Assembly: GCA_905182515.1 (NCBI GenBank)
Contig: CAJJBW010000007.1
Span: 17,025-81,024, forward strand
Direction: 5' to 3'
Origin: an uncultured Candidatus Poseidoniales archaeon
GTDB lineage: Archaea > Thermoplasmatota > Poseidoniia > Poseidoniales > Thalassarchaeaceae
DNA: 64,000 nucleotides
The notes under the pieces: model-generated
Databases searched by the model: none
The model's input: only the letters and a program-made list of their open reading frames with translations
Told to the model about the DNA's origin: nothing
Part shown: in pieces, positions 30,975-40,018 of the stretch
How the letters are laid out: every line of letters starts with the position of its first letter
Position numbering within the stretch: the first letter of the stretch is position 1
Made by a program: the position numbers and the translations under genes

Positions 30975-33002
30975 TTAGAATATTTTTAACAAATTTGAGA
31001 ATATTTTTTCAGTTGCCCCTGAGGATCTTGCTGCTAATCTGCGAACTATTAATTCAGGAGTAGATCTGGCAATATGATTTCTCTTAGGAGTCCTGTCAAC
31101 TATTAAGTCCATATTTTCATCTAAGCCTTGCGCTTCAATGCCGTCTATTCTAACTACATTACCCATTATTTTACTTATTGAAGGGCCAATATGAGTAACA
31201 AGTAAAATATTCGTGTCGGGATTATTATTAGATTCTGAAAGTAGACCTCCTAAGATAAGTGCTGCTGAGCCCGGTTCCGTAATTGCCTCTAATTCATCAG
31301 CAAGAATAATTTTTCTTTCATTTGAAACTAATATCTCAGCTAATCGGCGAAGAGTTCTTTCAAGAGCCCCTGCAGATTGAGTCCCAGATACTTTGGCCAA
31401 CATGTGTATTTCATCCAATAATCCAACTTTAGCTTCTGAAGCAGGAATTGGCAATCCACAATGAGTTAGAATGGTAATTATCCCTAGAGTCTCTAATAAT
31501 GTTGTTTTACCTCCTGAATTAGCCCCAGAAAGTAAAGCAATTCTATCCCTATCGCCTTCAATAGAAACTTGTCCAAAACCATATGTGATTGGATCGGGAG
31601 TACAATCTAGAAGGAGATGTCTTGCGTCTCGGACCCATATCCCTGGGTGTTCACGATTAATATCTGGCATTGAACATTTGTTATCAATTGCCCATAATCC
31701 AATTCCCAGCCACATATCTATCTCGATACAATGAGATATTGCCATATTGGATAAATTGATAATTTTCTGCGTTGCACTTGCGAGTGTGATCTCACCCTCA
31801 CTTCGTTCGATCATTATTTTCGAATCTATCTTATTTTCCATGTCCTCTAATACGTCTCGATTGATTACACATGGGTAATCATTTGAATAGATTTCAAAAG
31901 GTATATTTATTTGTGCTTTTTCTAAATATCTTTCTAATCTATTCCTACCTGCGTCTAGAGATTGTTCTATGGAATCGGCCACTGCTCCTTTAAGCCTCAC
32001 CTCAAGACTGGAAATATCTGAATAAAAAGAAAGTACTTCGTTTCCTTCAAATGAGAGTGATGTATCTGAAGTACTAGAAACAATAGAGTCATTAATCGCA
32101 CCTTCGATAGATTTTACTTCCCCCCAAAAACCATCACTAATTTTTTCTAGGTCCTCAAGCTGACTGGAATCATTTTTCATAGATTCTAATATTAAAGGAA
32201 TACCGTCCAAACCATCTAATGCATCTACTATTTTTTCGCCAATATAGTTTATTGGCCATTGAATATCTGCGAGGTCTGAAAGAATAGACAGATTTAGGTA
32301 ATTAGAATTAAGCCATTCTAGAGGAATTTCTGGCACCATAGAATATATTGGGTCATCTGATTTTGAGATGACCCAACCAGGAGGTATAATCGAAGGAGGA
32401 TTTTGGCCAATCCAAGTTACTTTGGGGAGTCCTAAATAATCCTTCCATGTTTCCTCTGAAGATCTGACTAAAACCCTGCATCTTCTACTTACATGATTTA
32501 AATTATCTAAAATAGAAGGATTTGGAATTACTATTACTCTATCTAAACGAGTATTAGTTTGAATTGTTTGGGCTAAATTACCTATTGATTTAATCCAAAA
32601 TTGCAATAAATCTGGAGAATCAGTAATGAAACGAATTGATTCTTCTGACCAATTTTGTCTTTCCTTAATTATATCAAAATTATTCCTATTTAGAGAGGAA
32701 AGTATTGCAAGCCGCTCTTTACCCGCATTAGTTTTAACATAAGTAGAAATTTGTTGAATTAATTCTTTATGGAGTTTGCGACTTTCTTCTGTACAAGTTA
32801 TTTCTTTTAAATTTCCATTTTTTGCATTAATTAATTTTACTGCCCTTTGAGGTGATATTCCCTCTATACTAGACAGTGTATTTACATCACCTTCATCCAA
32901 AATTCTTTCAACTTCTGATTCAGAACCAAGCATTTCAATTAATTTATTTGCAAGAGAATCCCCCACTCCAGGTAATTCAGTTAATCTCAACATAATTCCC
33001 AT
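30975..33002 (-). CDS. Archaeal MutS-like ATPase with N-terminal HhH (MutS2/MutS5-like, no mismatch-binding domain)
   Basis: LPGVG HhH, SGANSGGKTT Walker A, SAGALE, LADELE, VTH. Confidence 0.88.
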   Translation of the reverse strand: MGIMLRLTELPGVGDSLANKLIEMLGSESEVERILDEGDVNTLSSIEGISPQRAVKLINAKNGNLKEITCTEESRKLHKELIQQISTYVKTNAGKERLAILSSLNRNNFDIIKERQNWSEESIRFITDSPDLLQFWIKSIGNLAQTIQTNTRLDRVIVIPNPSILDNLNHVSRRCRVLVRSSEETWKDYLGLPKVTWIGQNPPSIIPPGWVISKSDDPIYSMVPEIPLEWLNSNYLNLSILSDLADIQWPINYIGEKIVDALDGLDGIPLILESMKNDSSQLEDLEKISDGFWGEVKSIEGAINDSIVSSTSDTSLSFEGNEVLSFYSDISSLEVRLKGAVADSIEQSLDAGRNRLERYLEKAQINIPFEIYSNDYPCVINRDVLEDMENKIDSKIMIERSEGEITLASATQKIINLSNMAISHCIEIDMWLGIGLWAIDNKCSMPDINREHPGIWVRDARHLLLDCTPDPITYGFGQVSIEGDRDRIALLSGANSGGKTTLLETLGIITILTHCGLPIPASEAKVGLLDEIHMLAKVSGTQSAGALERTLRRLAEILVSNERKIILADELEAITEPGSAALILGGLLSESNNNPDTNILLVTHIGPSISKIMGNVVRIDGIEAQGLDENMDLIVDRTPKRNHIARSTPELIVRRLAARSSGATEKIFSNLLKIF

Positions 33003-33082
33003 CGGAGTTTGGAGGTAATTAAGGAAAGCGGTAACAAATTAACAAAGGTATACTAATTAGAGGGTTAATTGAAAATACAACA

Positions 33083-33826
33083 TTAAGATAAGGCTTTGAA
33101 AATATAAAATATTCCACTAACAATAATTCCTGCCATTACTAAATTATGAACATAAGAATTTTTCATTGAATGTAGCCATTTTTTACCTAGTTGTATCCCG
33201 AGTAATGCTGCAATAACTAGAATTATTGTTAATTTCAGATGTATGATTATGTCATCATGTCTAAAAAATAAATACACAGGTATTCTTGAGACGTCGACAC
33301 ATAGAGCCAATACACTCGCCGTTGCAGCAAATTTCATCTTATCATTTAACCTTCTCGTAAGAAACATTGCGCGCAGTGCCCCTTGATGCCCCGAAATTCC
33401 GCCCATGAAGCCTGAGCCGAATCCACCGATCTTATCATTTGCCTCTGGAATCCTATATCTTGTCCAAGATTCGCTAATTGACGCCAATGGCAGAATTACC
33501 AAGAAAATGCCAATAGTTAGTAAGAGTGGTTTTTGAGGGACATTGTTCTGTAATAACGCACCTAAAATTGAACCTACAACTAACCAGAATCCATAATGCC
33601 TTATTGCCGAGTAGTCGACATGATCTCGCAAAGAAATGTATTTTCCTGCATTATGTGCGCCGTGTACCACTGCTACAACTGCAATTGCCTCATGGGGGCC
33701 CATCATTAGAAGCACTACTGGAGTCAATACTGTAGATAATCCAAAACCTGCAGGGACAGTCAAGGCTGCAGCAAAAAAAGCTCCAAAAAAGGCTATAACT
33801 ATTGTGTCCACACCATAATGGAGCAT
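33083..33826 (-). CDS. Sulfite exporter TauE/SafE family membrane protein
   Basis: GFGLSTVLTP and GFMGGISGHQG repeat motifs; about 8 TM helices. Confidence 0.85.
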   Translation of the reverse strand: MLHYGVDTIVIAFFGAFFAAALTVPAGFGLSTVLTPVVLLMMGPHEAIAVVAVVHGAHNAGKYISLRDHVDYSAIRHYGFWLVVGSILGALLQNNVPQKPLLLTIGIFLVILPLASISESWTRYRIPEANDKIGGFGSGFMGGISGHQGALRAMFLTRRLNDKMKFAATASVLALCVDVSRIPVYLFFRHDDIIIHLKLTIILVIAALLGIQLGKKWLHSMKNSYVHNLVMAGIIVSGIFYIFKALS

Positions 33827-34113
33827 TAATCATGAAATTAAATTTTCCATGATAAGATGATATTCCAATATGGATTAACAAATTAGTGTCTCAGAAAAAT
33901 CCATCTCATCATCCTAATAAAATTTAATTAATTGTAATAGTAAGGATATATATCGGCCGTCTCATCTTATACATCTTTTCCAATAAATAGTTTGACGCTA
34001 TCTAATATGTAATCTAGGTGTCAAGAAATCCATCTAATTAATATAAAGGTATTCATTTCATTTGGACTCTCCCCTAATTCTCCCTTTGATAGCTCATAAA
34101 ATCGTGAAAAAGA

Positions 34114-34797
34114 ATGAATAAGTATAGACAATCCTTCATAGGAGATACATTATCAGACCCATACATGGTAGAAGACATGAGAGTTGATTATAGAGATGGA
34201 GGTAGGATAGAAATTCCTGATAAAAATAAACCACTTCAAGTGTTGTTAAACTGGATTGAAGAAGCCAGAAGAAATGAACTGATTGAAGCTAATGCTATGT
34301 GTATTAGCACAATAGGAAAAAATGGTTATCCAAAAAGTAGAATGGTGCTAATTAAACATATTAATAACTTTGAAATTGGATTTTTCACAAACTTAGACAG
34401 TGATAAGGCAAATGAAATAAATGAAGATGGGCGTGTATCAGGAGTTATTTTTTGGCCCAAATTGGAAAGACAAGTTAGAATAACTGGAAGGGCTGTTTTA
34501 ATAAATAGGGATGCAGTATTGAAATATCACTTATCTAGGCCTAGGTCAAGCCAAATAGCAGCATATACATCTTCTCAGAGTCGCCCCTTGGAATCATTGG
34601 AACACTTGTTAAAAGAATTTGAAGAAACAGAAAACAGATTTCAAAATAAAGATATTCCACTTCCAAAACATTGGGGAGGTTACGTCATAAATATCGAATC
34701 AATAGAGTACTGGTCAGGTAGACCAAGCAGGCTACATGAAAGAGTAAAACTAGAGTTAATAGATAAAAGGTGGTTTGAAAGAAGATTGTATCCTTGA
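34114..34797 (+). CDS. pdxH: Pyridoxine/pyridoxamine 5'-phosphate oxidase
   Basis: RMVLIK, FFTN..S.K, RQVRI, SRPRSSQI, WGGY, EYWSGRPSRLHER. Confidence 0.95.
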   Translation: MNKYRQSFIGDTLSDPYMVEDMRVDYRDGGRIEIPDKNKPLQVLLNWIEEARRNELIEANAMCISTIGKNGYPKSRMVLIKHINNFEIGFFTNLDSDKANEINEDGRVSGVIFWPKLERQVRITGRAVLINRDAVLKYHLSRPRSSQIAAYTSSQSRPLESLEHLLKEFEETENRFQNKDIPLPKHWGGYVINIESIEYWSGRPSRLHERVKLELIDKRWFERRLYP

Positions 34798-34808
34798 GCT
34801 AATGTAGT

Positions 34809-34979
34809 TTAATTTTCAAGAAGTACTTCTATTTCTTTGGATGCTAAAATCAGAGTGGGAGCCCAAAGGCCTACAAAAATTCCTAAATCGTGGTCCCCAA
34901 TAATGAAATATACATATAACGATCCTACTACTGATAACATACTTGCCATAAATCCAATTTTTGATATTTGTCCACTCAT
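34809..34979 (-). CDS. 56-aa 2-TM membrane microprotein not in the ORF track (MSGQISKIGF…GIFVGLWAPTL…EN)
   Basis: ATG 34979 preceded by AGGTGG; two hydrophobic segments; TAA at 34811-34809. Confidence 0.7.
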   Translation of the reverse strand: MSGQISKIGFMASMLSVVGSLYVYFIIGDHDLGIFVGLWAPTLILASKEIEVLLEN

Positions 34980-35096
34980 TTTTAACCACCTATTGGCACG
35001 CTTGCTGCTTGCTACCTAATAGTGTTATGCTTATTGCCATTAAAAAGTTATTATTTGGGAAAGTGATTATTTATCTAATAGACAGCATCGAGATAT

Positions 35097-35576
35097 ATGG
35101 AAGAATTGTATGCCCTAAGCGATGAAGTCATAAATAAGATGTTAAGAATTCCAGAATTGTATGACTTACCTGTCAATGAATTAAAAGATGTTTCTTTAGG
35201 TAAGTTACGTAAAAATAACAAAACCATGTTGGGCTGTTGTAGATTTAAAAAAAATAGTAGATGGATTAGAAAAAATATGAAAGGTGAAATAATCGACAAA
35301 GGAAAGGATTTTTGGCCATATCCTGATACTCTTGGTCCTAGCGATGTAAGAAAAATAGATATTCATCCAGATTTATTGGAAGCTAAATGGTTTCGTTTAG
35401 CAGCAAGTGTCCTTTACCACGAGTATTTACATGCACTGGGATTTAGACATTGCCCAACTTTCAGAAAATTGGAAGCATTGTGGCCAGATAAGGAGGCCAT
35501 ATTAGGCACTCGCAGAGTAAAATTAAAATCTCTGATGTATAATTCTTGGATCAATAGAAGATCGAGTAATCAATAA
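35097..35576 (+). CDS. SprT/WLM-like zinc metalloprotease
   Basis: LGCCR, IDIHP, VLYHEYLHALG..H...F; basic composition. Confidence 0.7.
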   Translation: MEELYALSDEVINKMLRIPELYDLPVNELKDVSLGKLRKNNKTMLGCCRFKKNSRWIRKNMKGEIIDKGKDFWPYPDTLGPSDVRKIDIHPDLLEAKWFRLAASVLYHEYLHALGFRHCPTFRKLEALWPDKEAILGTRRVKLKSLMYNSWINRRSSNQ

Positions 35577-35623
35577 TAAAAAATATGTTTTTATTTCAAT
35601 TATGAAATATATTATTGTTCATA

Positions 35624-36691
35624 TCAGATTAGCCCATTGGAGAAAAAATTAACTAAATTTCCCTTGTATTCTTCAGATTCGCCCCATATGGCATCAACAT
35701 GACCTCTATTTGGAACATACCAAGTAGTAACGTTACCTCCTACTTCATCCATTTTCTCTTCAAAATTTTGAGAATGGAATATAGATACGCGGGTATCTTC
35801 GATACCATGAGTTAGAAAGACGGGCCTGGAGCCTGCATTTAATGCGGCTTCCATTGGAGACCGTGCATCTAATTCTACACCTACTAACCAGCCACCAACA
35901 GTAACAGCCGGGCCAGCAAAAATCTGAGGATACCCTAGTCTACCTAATTCATTCTTAACCAGTAAAGGAAAATCCAGAACAGCACTATCCAACCACATCG
36001 CACCAATTCCTGTCTCCTCTGCAAATGCTATCGCCGCCCCCCCTCCGGCTGAAAAAGCAGTCATGCCAATCTCCCCAGGACGGTATCCCTTTTCAGAAAT
36101 TAACCAATCATATGCACCCAATAAGTCAATATATTCTATTTGCCCTACTGCAAAATAATCATCAACAACATCACTTTCTCCATAATTTCTAAGATCGAAT
36201 GAAAGCGTATTTATTCCGCCTTCTGAAAGGAAGGATTGCATCAGTAACATTTCTGGTTTACACTTACCATTGGCTGGCATGCCGTGTGTTTGGATTACTA
36301 CTGGTGCAGTAGAATCAACCTCTACATACCATCCTTTTAGAGTGATGTCAGGATCTCCACGAGGATTAAAGGTAATATTTTGATATGAAGGCATTTGTAA
36401 ATTGGAAACATCAAAATTTTTACGAATAGATATCCTCTCTAGAGAGTCATTATATGGCTCAAAGCTCCTCCACTCATCATGTGTTGTCCAATCATCTGGA
36501 GTGTTGTTTGCCCAAATTCCGCACCCTGGATTGACAGATAATGATGCTGATGCCACCGCATATCCAATGCCGACATATGAGGTTGAAAATATAATAATGG
36601 AAGTCACTACTAAAGCAATAACTTGAGTAGTTGATAAATTATTTATTGGGAGTAATTTATTTTTTAAATTAACTAGCTTAAATCCGGCCAT
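35624..36691 (-). CDS. Membrane-anchored alpha/beta hydrolase
   Basis: N-terminal TM, THG, FDLRNYGES, AFSAG nucleophile, HGIED, GH. Confidence 0.85.
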   Translation of the reverse strand: MAGFKLVNLKNKLLPINNLSTTQVIALVVTSIIIFSTSYVGIGYAVASASLSVNPGCGIWANNTPDDWTTHDEWRSFEPYNDSLERISIRKNFDVSNLQMPSYQNITFNPRGDPDITLKGWYVEVDSTAPVVIQTHGMPANGKCKPEMLLMQSFLSEGGINTLSFDLRNYGESDVVDDYFAVGQIEYIDLLGAYDWLISEKGYRPGEIGMTAFSAGGGAAIAFAEETGIGAMWLDSAVLDFPLLVKNELGRLGYPQIFAGPAVTVGGWLVGVELDARSPMEAALNAGSRPVFLTHGIEDTRVSIFHSQNFEEKMDEVGGNVTTWYVPNRGHVDAIWGESEEYKGNLVNFFSNGLI

Positions 36692-36746
36692 ATATAGATT
36701 GGGCAGAACTTAGACAAATTAAATCTTCTCAAAATTTAATTTAAAA

Positions 36747-37553
36747 TCATTCCCATGGATTTATTCTTATTACGTGATTAAGCATAATTTTTGTCGAACC
36801 GTCCGATTTAGCATTATCGCCGGCTTTTATTAACATTCTTCTGAGCCAACCCAACATCATTAAACTCTTTGCTCTCTCAAAATTCAACTTAATTTCTGAT
36901 GTTTTTCCAGAACGTATATTGCTCTGAAAGTCTTCTTGTAAATCGGCTGCGTGATCATAATAAACTAATAATAAGTCTTCTAATGCTTCTTCGTCAATTT
37001 TCATACCAGCAAGGTTTTTTGCCATTGATCTAATGCCTGAAGAAGTTAGGACAACCCCGACAATAGTGTTATCTAAATTTGTTTTTGAATCATTGTGATC
37101 ATTATCGGAAATTATATTTCTATCTTTTTGTGCATCATTATGAATTCCTCCGAAGGAATTCAATGCAGTTTCCAAATGCCTGTTTTTTATTGTATTCATT
37201 TTGTCTGCATCAGCGGAATCTGATGCTGCCAATAATATTCTCAAGAGGTAGGATTCGAGATTTTCATTGACGGCAACAACGGCGGCACTGCCTACTGAAT
37301 CTAATGATTTCACTGCCCCTATCATTAAACCTCTTGTCCTATTAAATCCGAGCCTAGTCCTATTTGGATCACCGAGCGTCTTACGTTGAGGCTCCAAAGA
37401 TAAAGTAACATCCTCCATTTCTGAAGTAAGGCGTTGTAGTTCGGTAACAAGTAATTCCACTAATTTGGATTTAACATCTCCCGATATACGCTTTTCAATA
37501 CCCACTCCGCTAGCCACGTCGCCAATATGAGAAGTTGCCCAAGGCTTTGCCAT
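36747..37553 (-). CDS. Multi-histone-fold protein (fused doublet plus a third fold)
   Basis: KRISGDV…RKTL; SVGSAA…NTIKNRHLETAL; IRSMAKNLAGMKIDEEAL…TKIMLNHV histone-fold patterns. Confidence 0.7.
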   Translation of the reverse strand: MAKPWATSHIGDVASGVGIEKRISGDVKSKLVELLVTELQRLTSEMEDVTLSLEPQRKTLGDPNRTRLGFNRTRGLMIGAVKSLDSVGSAAVVAVNENLESYLLRILLAASDSADADKMNTIKNRHLETALNSFGGIHNDAQKDRNIISDNDHNDSKTNLDNTIVGVVLTSSGIRSMAKNLAGMKIDEEALEDLLLVYYDHAADLQEDFQSNIRSGKTSEIKLNFERAKSLMMLGWLRRMLIKAGDNAKSDGSTKIMLNHVIRINPWE

Positions 37554-37612
37554 ATAGCATGGAAGAGAATATCTTACTTGAATTATCTTGCTATCAACCA
37601 TTAATAAAAAAT

Positions 37613-38122
37613 TTACTTAACAGTGCGAGAGCGCATTATAGATGCCAAAAACAAAATTATAAAAGTAGAAGGAAGTAGGAAATTAGGCATAGAATTGACT
37701 GGTTTATTTTCTTCTTTTTCTTCTTCTTCTTCTTCAATTTCAATAACAATTGGCGTAACGACAATAGTGCCTTCCATGCCCATTTGTTCATGAGGTTCGC
37801 AAATATAGGCGTAAGTTCCATTACTTCCAATTGGAAATTCAAAGGTAAAATCTATACTGGTCTCAGGGTTACCTGAATCAAAAAAACCATTTTCTTCTAC
37901 AGCATTATGAGCTAGAATTTCATCGCTCCAAAAGAACCGTACAGACTGTCCTTCTTCTATAGTGACTTCTGAAGGCGTAAATCTGAAATTAGTGCTATCT
38001 ACTGTTATTACTATAGTTTCAGAATTTTCATTTAATGCGATATAATTGCCTGAAACTCCATAAACATACATATTAGGAGTCAATAAAGAAAATAAAATAA
38101 GCATCAATAATGACTTACGCAT
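37613..38122 (-). CDS. Blue copper protein (plastocyanin/halocyanin-like) with a C-terminal membrane anchor
   Basis: HNAV and YICEPHEQMGM ligands (H, C, H, M); acidic linker; PNF + TM + basic tail resembling PGF-CTERM. Confidence 0.9.
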   Translation of the reverse strand: MRKSLLMLILFSLLTPNMYVYGVSGNYIALNENSETIVITVDSTNFRFTPSEVTIEEGQSVRFFWSDEILAHNAVEENGFFDSGNPETSIDFTFEFPIGSNGTYAYICEPHEQMGMEGTIVVTPIVIEIEEEEEEKEENKPVNSMPNFLLPSTFIILFLASIMRSRTVK

Positions 38123-38164
38123 ATATTTGTCAACTACGCCATAGGATATCAAATAATGTTTTTT

Positions 38165-38374
38165 TTATAAATTAGAAATATTGAAATGGTTATCTAAAAT
38201 ATCAATAATCTTATCGCAGTTCTTGTTAACATCGAATAATGTATTATCAGAGGTATATATTAACAAAGACTCACCTGTTGTTGGTTGATCTGTTGGCTTC
38301 TGATAAGCACAGATTGTGTCAGTATTTATTCTAGTAGGCCCTACTTCAGTTTCAACTAATATCCACATGTTCAT
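38165..38374 (-). CDS. Small hypothetical protein
   Basis: 69-aa globular ORF (MNMWILVETEVGPTRINTDTICAYQ…) collinear with neighbours. Confidence 0.6.
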   Translation of the reverse strand: MNMWILVETEVGPTRINTDTICAYQKPTDQPTTGESLLIYTSDNTLFDVNKNCDKIIDILDNHFNISNL

Positions 38375-38451
38375 GAAGCCGTGCCGAATAAAATTTGCTT
38401 TTAATGATTTGCATATTAAGGGCAATGAATATAATATGAGTATTCACGTTT

Positions 38452-38865
38452 TTAAATATTGAGATATAGTAACCATAGCCACATCATTAGAATAATTAAA
38501 CATGATATAATAAATACACGTGCTCGCCATAATAAGCGATTATTGGTCAATGATACATGAGCATGAATGCACCTTAAAAAGACATATAATATAGCCATAA
38601 ACAAGATTAATTGGTCAACTGTGTTAAGAGAAATTGCAAGAATGCCGGCTACAAAAAAAAACAATGGGGATTCAAATAGATTTACCAAATGTTGATCTGC
38701 TTGAAGTACGTAACGTGGAGGTTTTTCACCTTCAAATGTCTTAAAATATCTCCAGTTGAAGCCGTCTTTTACTGCCCTATCACGCCTCAAGCGTGCTATA
38801 GTTCCAACAAAAAGCGTAAGTAAGACCTGAGCAAACAATGGAATTAGCATTAATTCTCTATTCAT
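38452..38865 (-). CDS. MAPEG family membrane protein
   Basis: NLFESP, YVFLRCIHA; 4 TM helices. Confidence 0.85.
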   Translation of the reverse strand: MNRELMLIPLFAQVLLTLFVGTIARLRRDRAVKDGFNWRYFKTFEGEKPPRYVLQADQHLVNLFESPLFFFVAGILAISLNTVDQLILFMAILYVFLRCIHAHVSLTNNRLLWRARVFIISCLIILMMWLWLLYLNI

Positions 38866-38940
38866 AACATTACTACTGGCTTTAGATATATAATTATAAA
38901 CGTAGAAAAGGTAAAATACGGATATTCCTGAGATGTTGAT

Positions 38941-39276
38941 ATGGTACAGGATGTCGAAGGGATAATAGTAGTAAACACAGAGACCATACCAGGTAAACTA
39001 ATCACAGAAAGTTTTGGAGTTGTTAGTGGATCGACAGTTCGAGCAAAGCATATTGGAAGAGACATTACCCAAGGTTTTAAGAATATAATTGGAGGGGAAT
39101 TGCACAAATATACAGAATTATTGGAAGAATCTCGCACAGAAGCTTTGAGCAGAATGGTATCAGACGCAATAGCAAGAGGTGCAAACGCAGTTGTAAATGT
39201 CAGGTTTGCAACTTCAGCAATCACCCCTGGTGCTGCAGAATTATTTGCTTACGGGACCGCAGTTAAAATTGAATAA
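38941..39276 (+). CDS. YbjQ/UPF0145 family protein
   Basis: KHIGRD…KNIIGGEL..YT.LL..SR..AL.RM, GANAVVNVRF, AYGTAV. Confidence 0.93.
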   Translation: MVQDVEGIIVVNTETIPGKLITESFGVVSGSTVRAKHIGRDITQGFKNIIGGELHKYTELLEESRTEALSRMVSDAIARGANAVVNVRFATSAITPGAAELFAYGTAVKIE

Positions 39277-39281
39277 TAACA

Positions 39282-39926
39282 TTGGTGATAATAATGCCTA
39301 CGCATAATTTTCAAATCAGGAATCCAGTGACAATATTACTCACAATTTTTATCATAGTTTTGAGTTTAGATCCTGTTTCAGCTCAGTCCAGTAACGCTTC
39401 TGTCAATATAGGCGAATTAATAGGAATACTTCTGCTAATCTTCGGAGTATTGGGAGTCATATGGGGATTAATTTGGATGTTTGCTTATCCTATTTTTCTT
39501 CTTTATGCTTTAATTTTTAGTGGTAAAAACCTTGATAATATGATCTTAAAAACTGTAGAGAGAGAAAGGGCGATAATATCAAAATTTGGAAAGGATATTT
39601 TATCAAATATTGATGGTGGTTTTCGTAAAGATGTTATCTCCTCAGGGATAGTTTGGGCAGGGGCAGTTTATGGGCCCAGTCATTGGCATCAATTACTTGG
39701 CAAATTATATAATTGGTTCGGGGGATCCATAGATATTTTTCAAAAGGTTATATCTGCAGGAAGGGCTGAATCAATGCAAAGATTGAGGGAAATAGCAATT
39801 GAAGAAGGTTGGGATGAAGTGATAAATGTAAGAATTGACACATCCCCTATGGCACCAGCTGCAGGCCGCAAGGGAATAAAGGCTGTAGAGGTTTTTGCTT
39901 ATGGCACTGGAATCAAATATAGTTGA
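39282..39926 (+). CDS. Membrane-anchored YbjQ-like protein
   Basis: N-terminal TM helices then GRAESMQRLRE…VINVRIDT…VEVFAYGT. Confidence 0.8.
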   Translation: MVIIMPTHNFQIRNPVTILLTIFIIVLSLDPVSAQSSNASVNIGELIGILLLIFGVLGVIWGLIWMFAYPIFLLYALIFSGKNLDNMILKTVERERAIISKFGKDILSNIDGGFRKDVISSGIVWAGAVYGPSHWHQLLGKLYNWFGGSIDIFQKVISAGRAESMQRLREIAIEEGWDEVINVRIDTSPMAPAAGRKGIKAVEVFAYGTGIKYS

Positions 39927-40018
39927 CATGCTTAATAGCAGTTTTCAAAACATATGCGCCTCACGACCATACGTCTGACACAGCCCTTCCATAGGATTTG
40001 GAGTCGGAGGTAATCTCA

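Noticed and set aside
37715-37745. (TTC)n microsatellite
   Set aside because: It encodes the poly-Glu linker of the blue copper protein, an ordinary acidic spacer.
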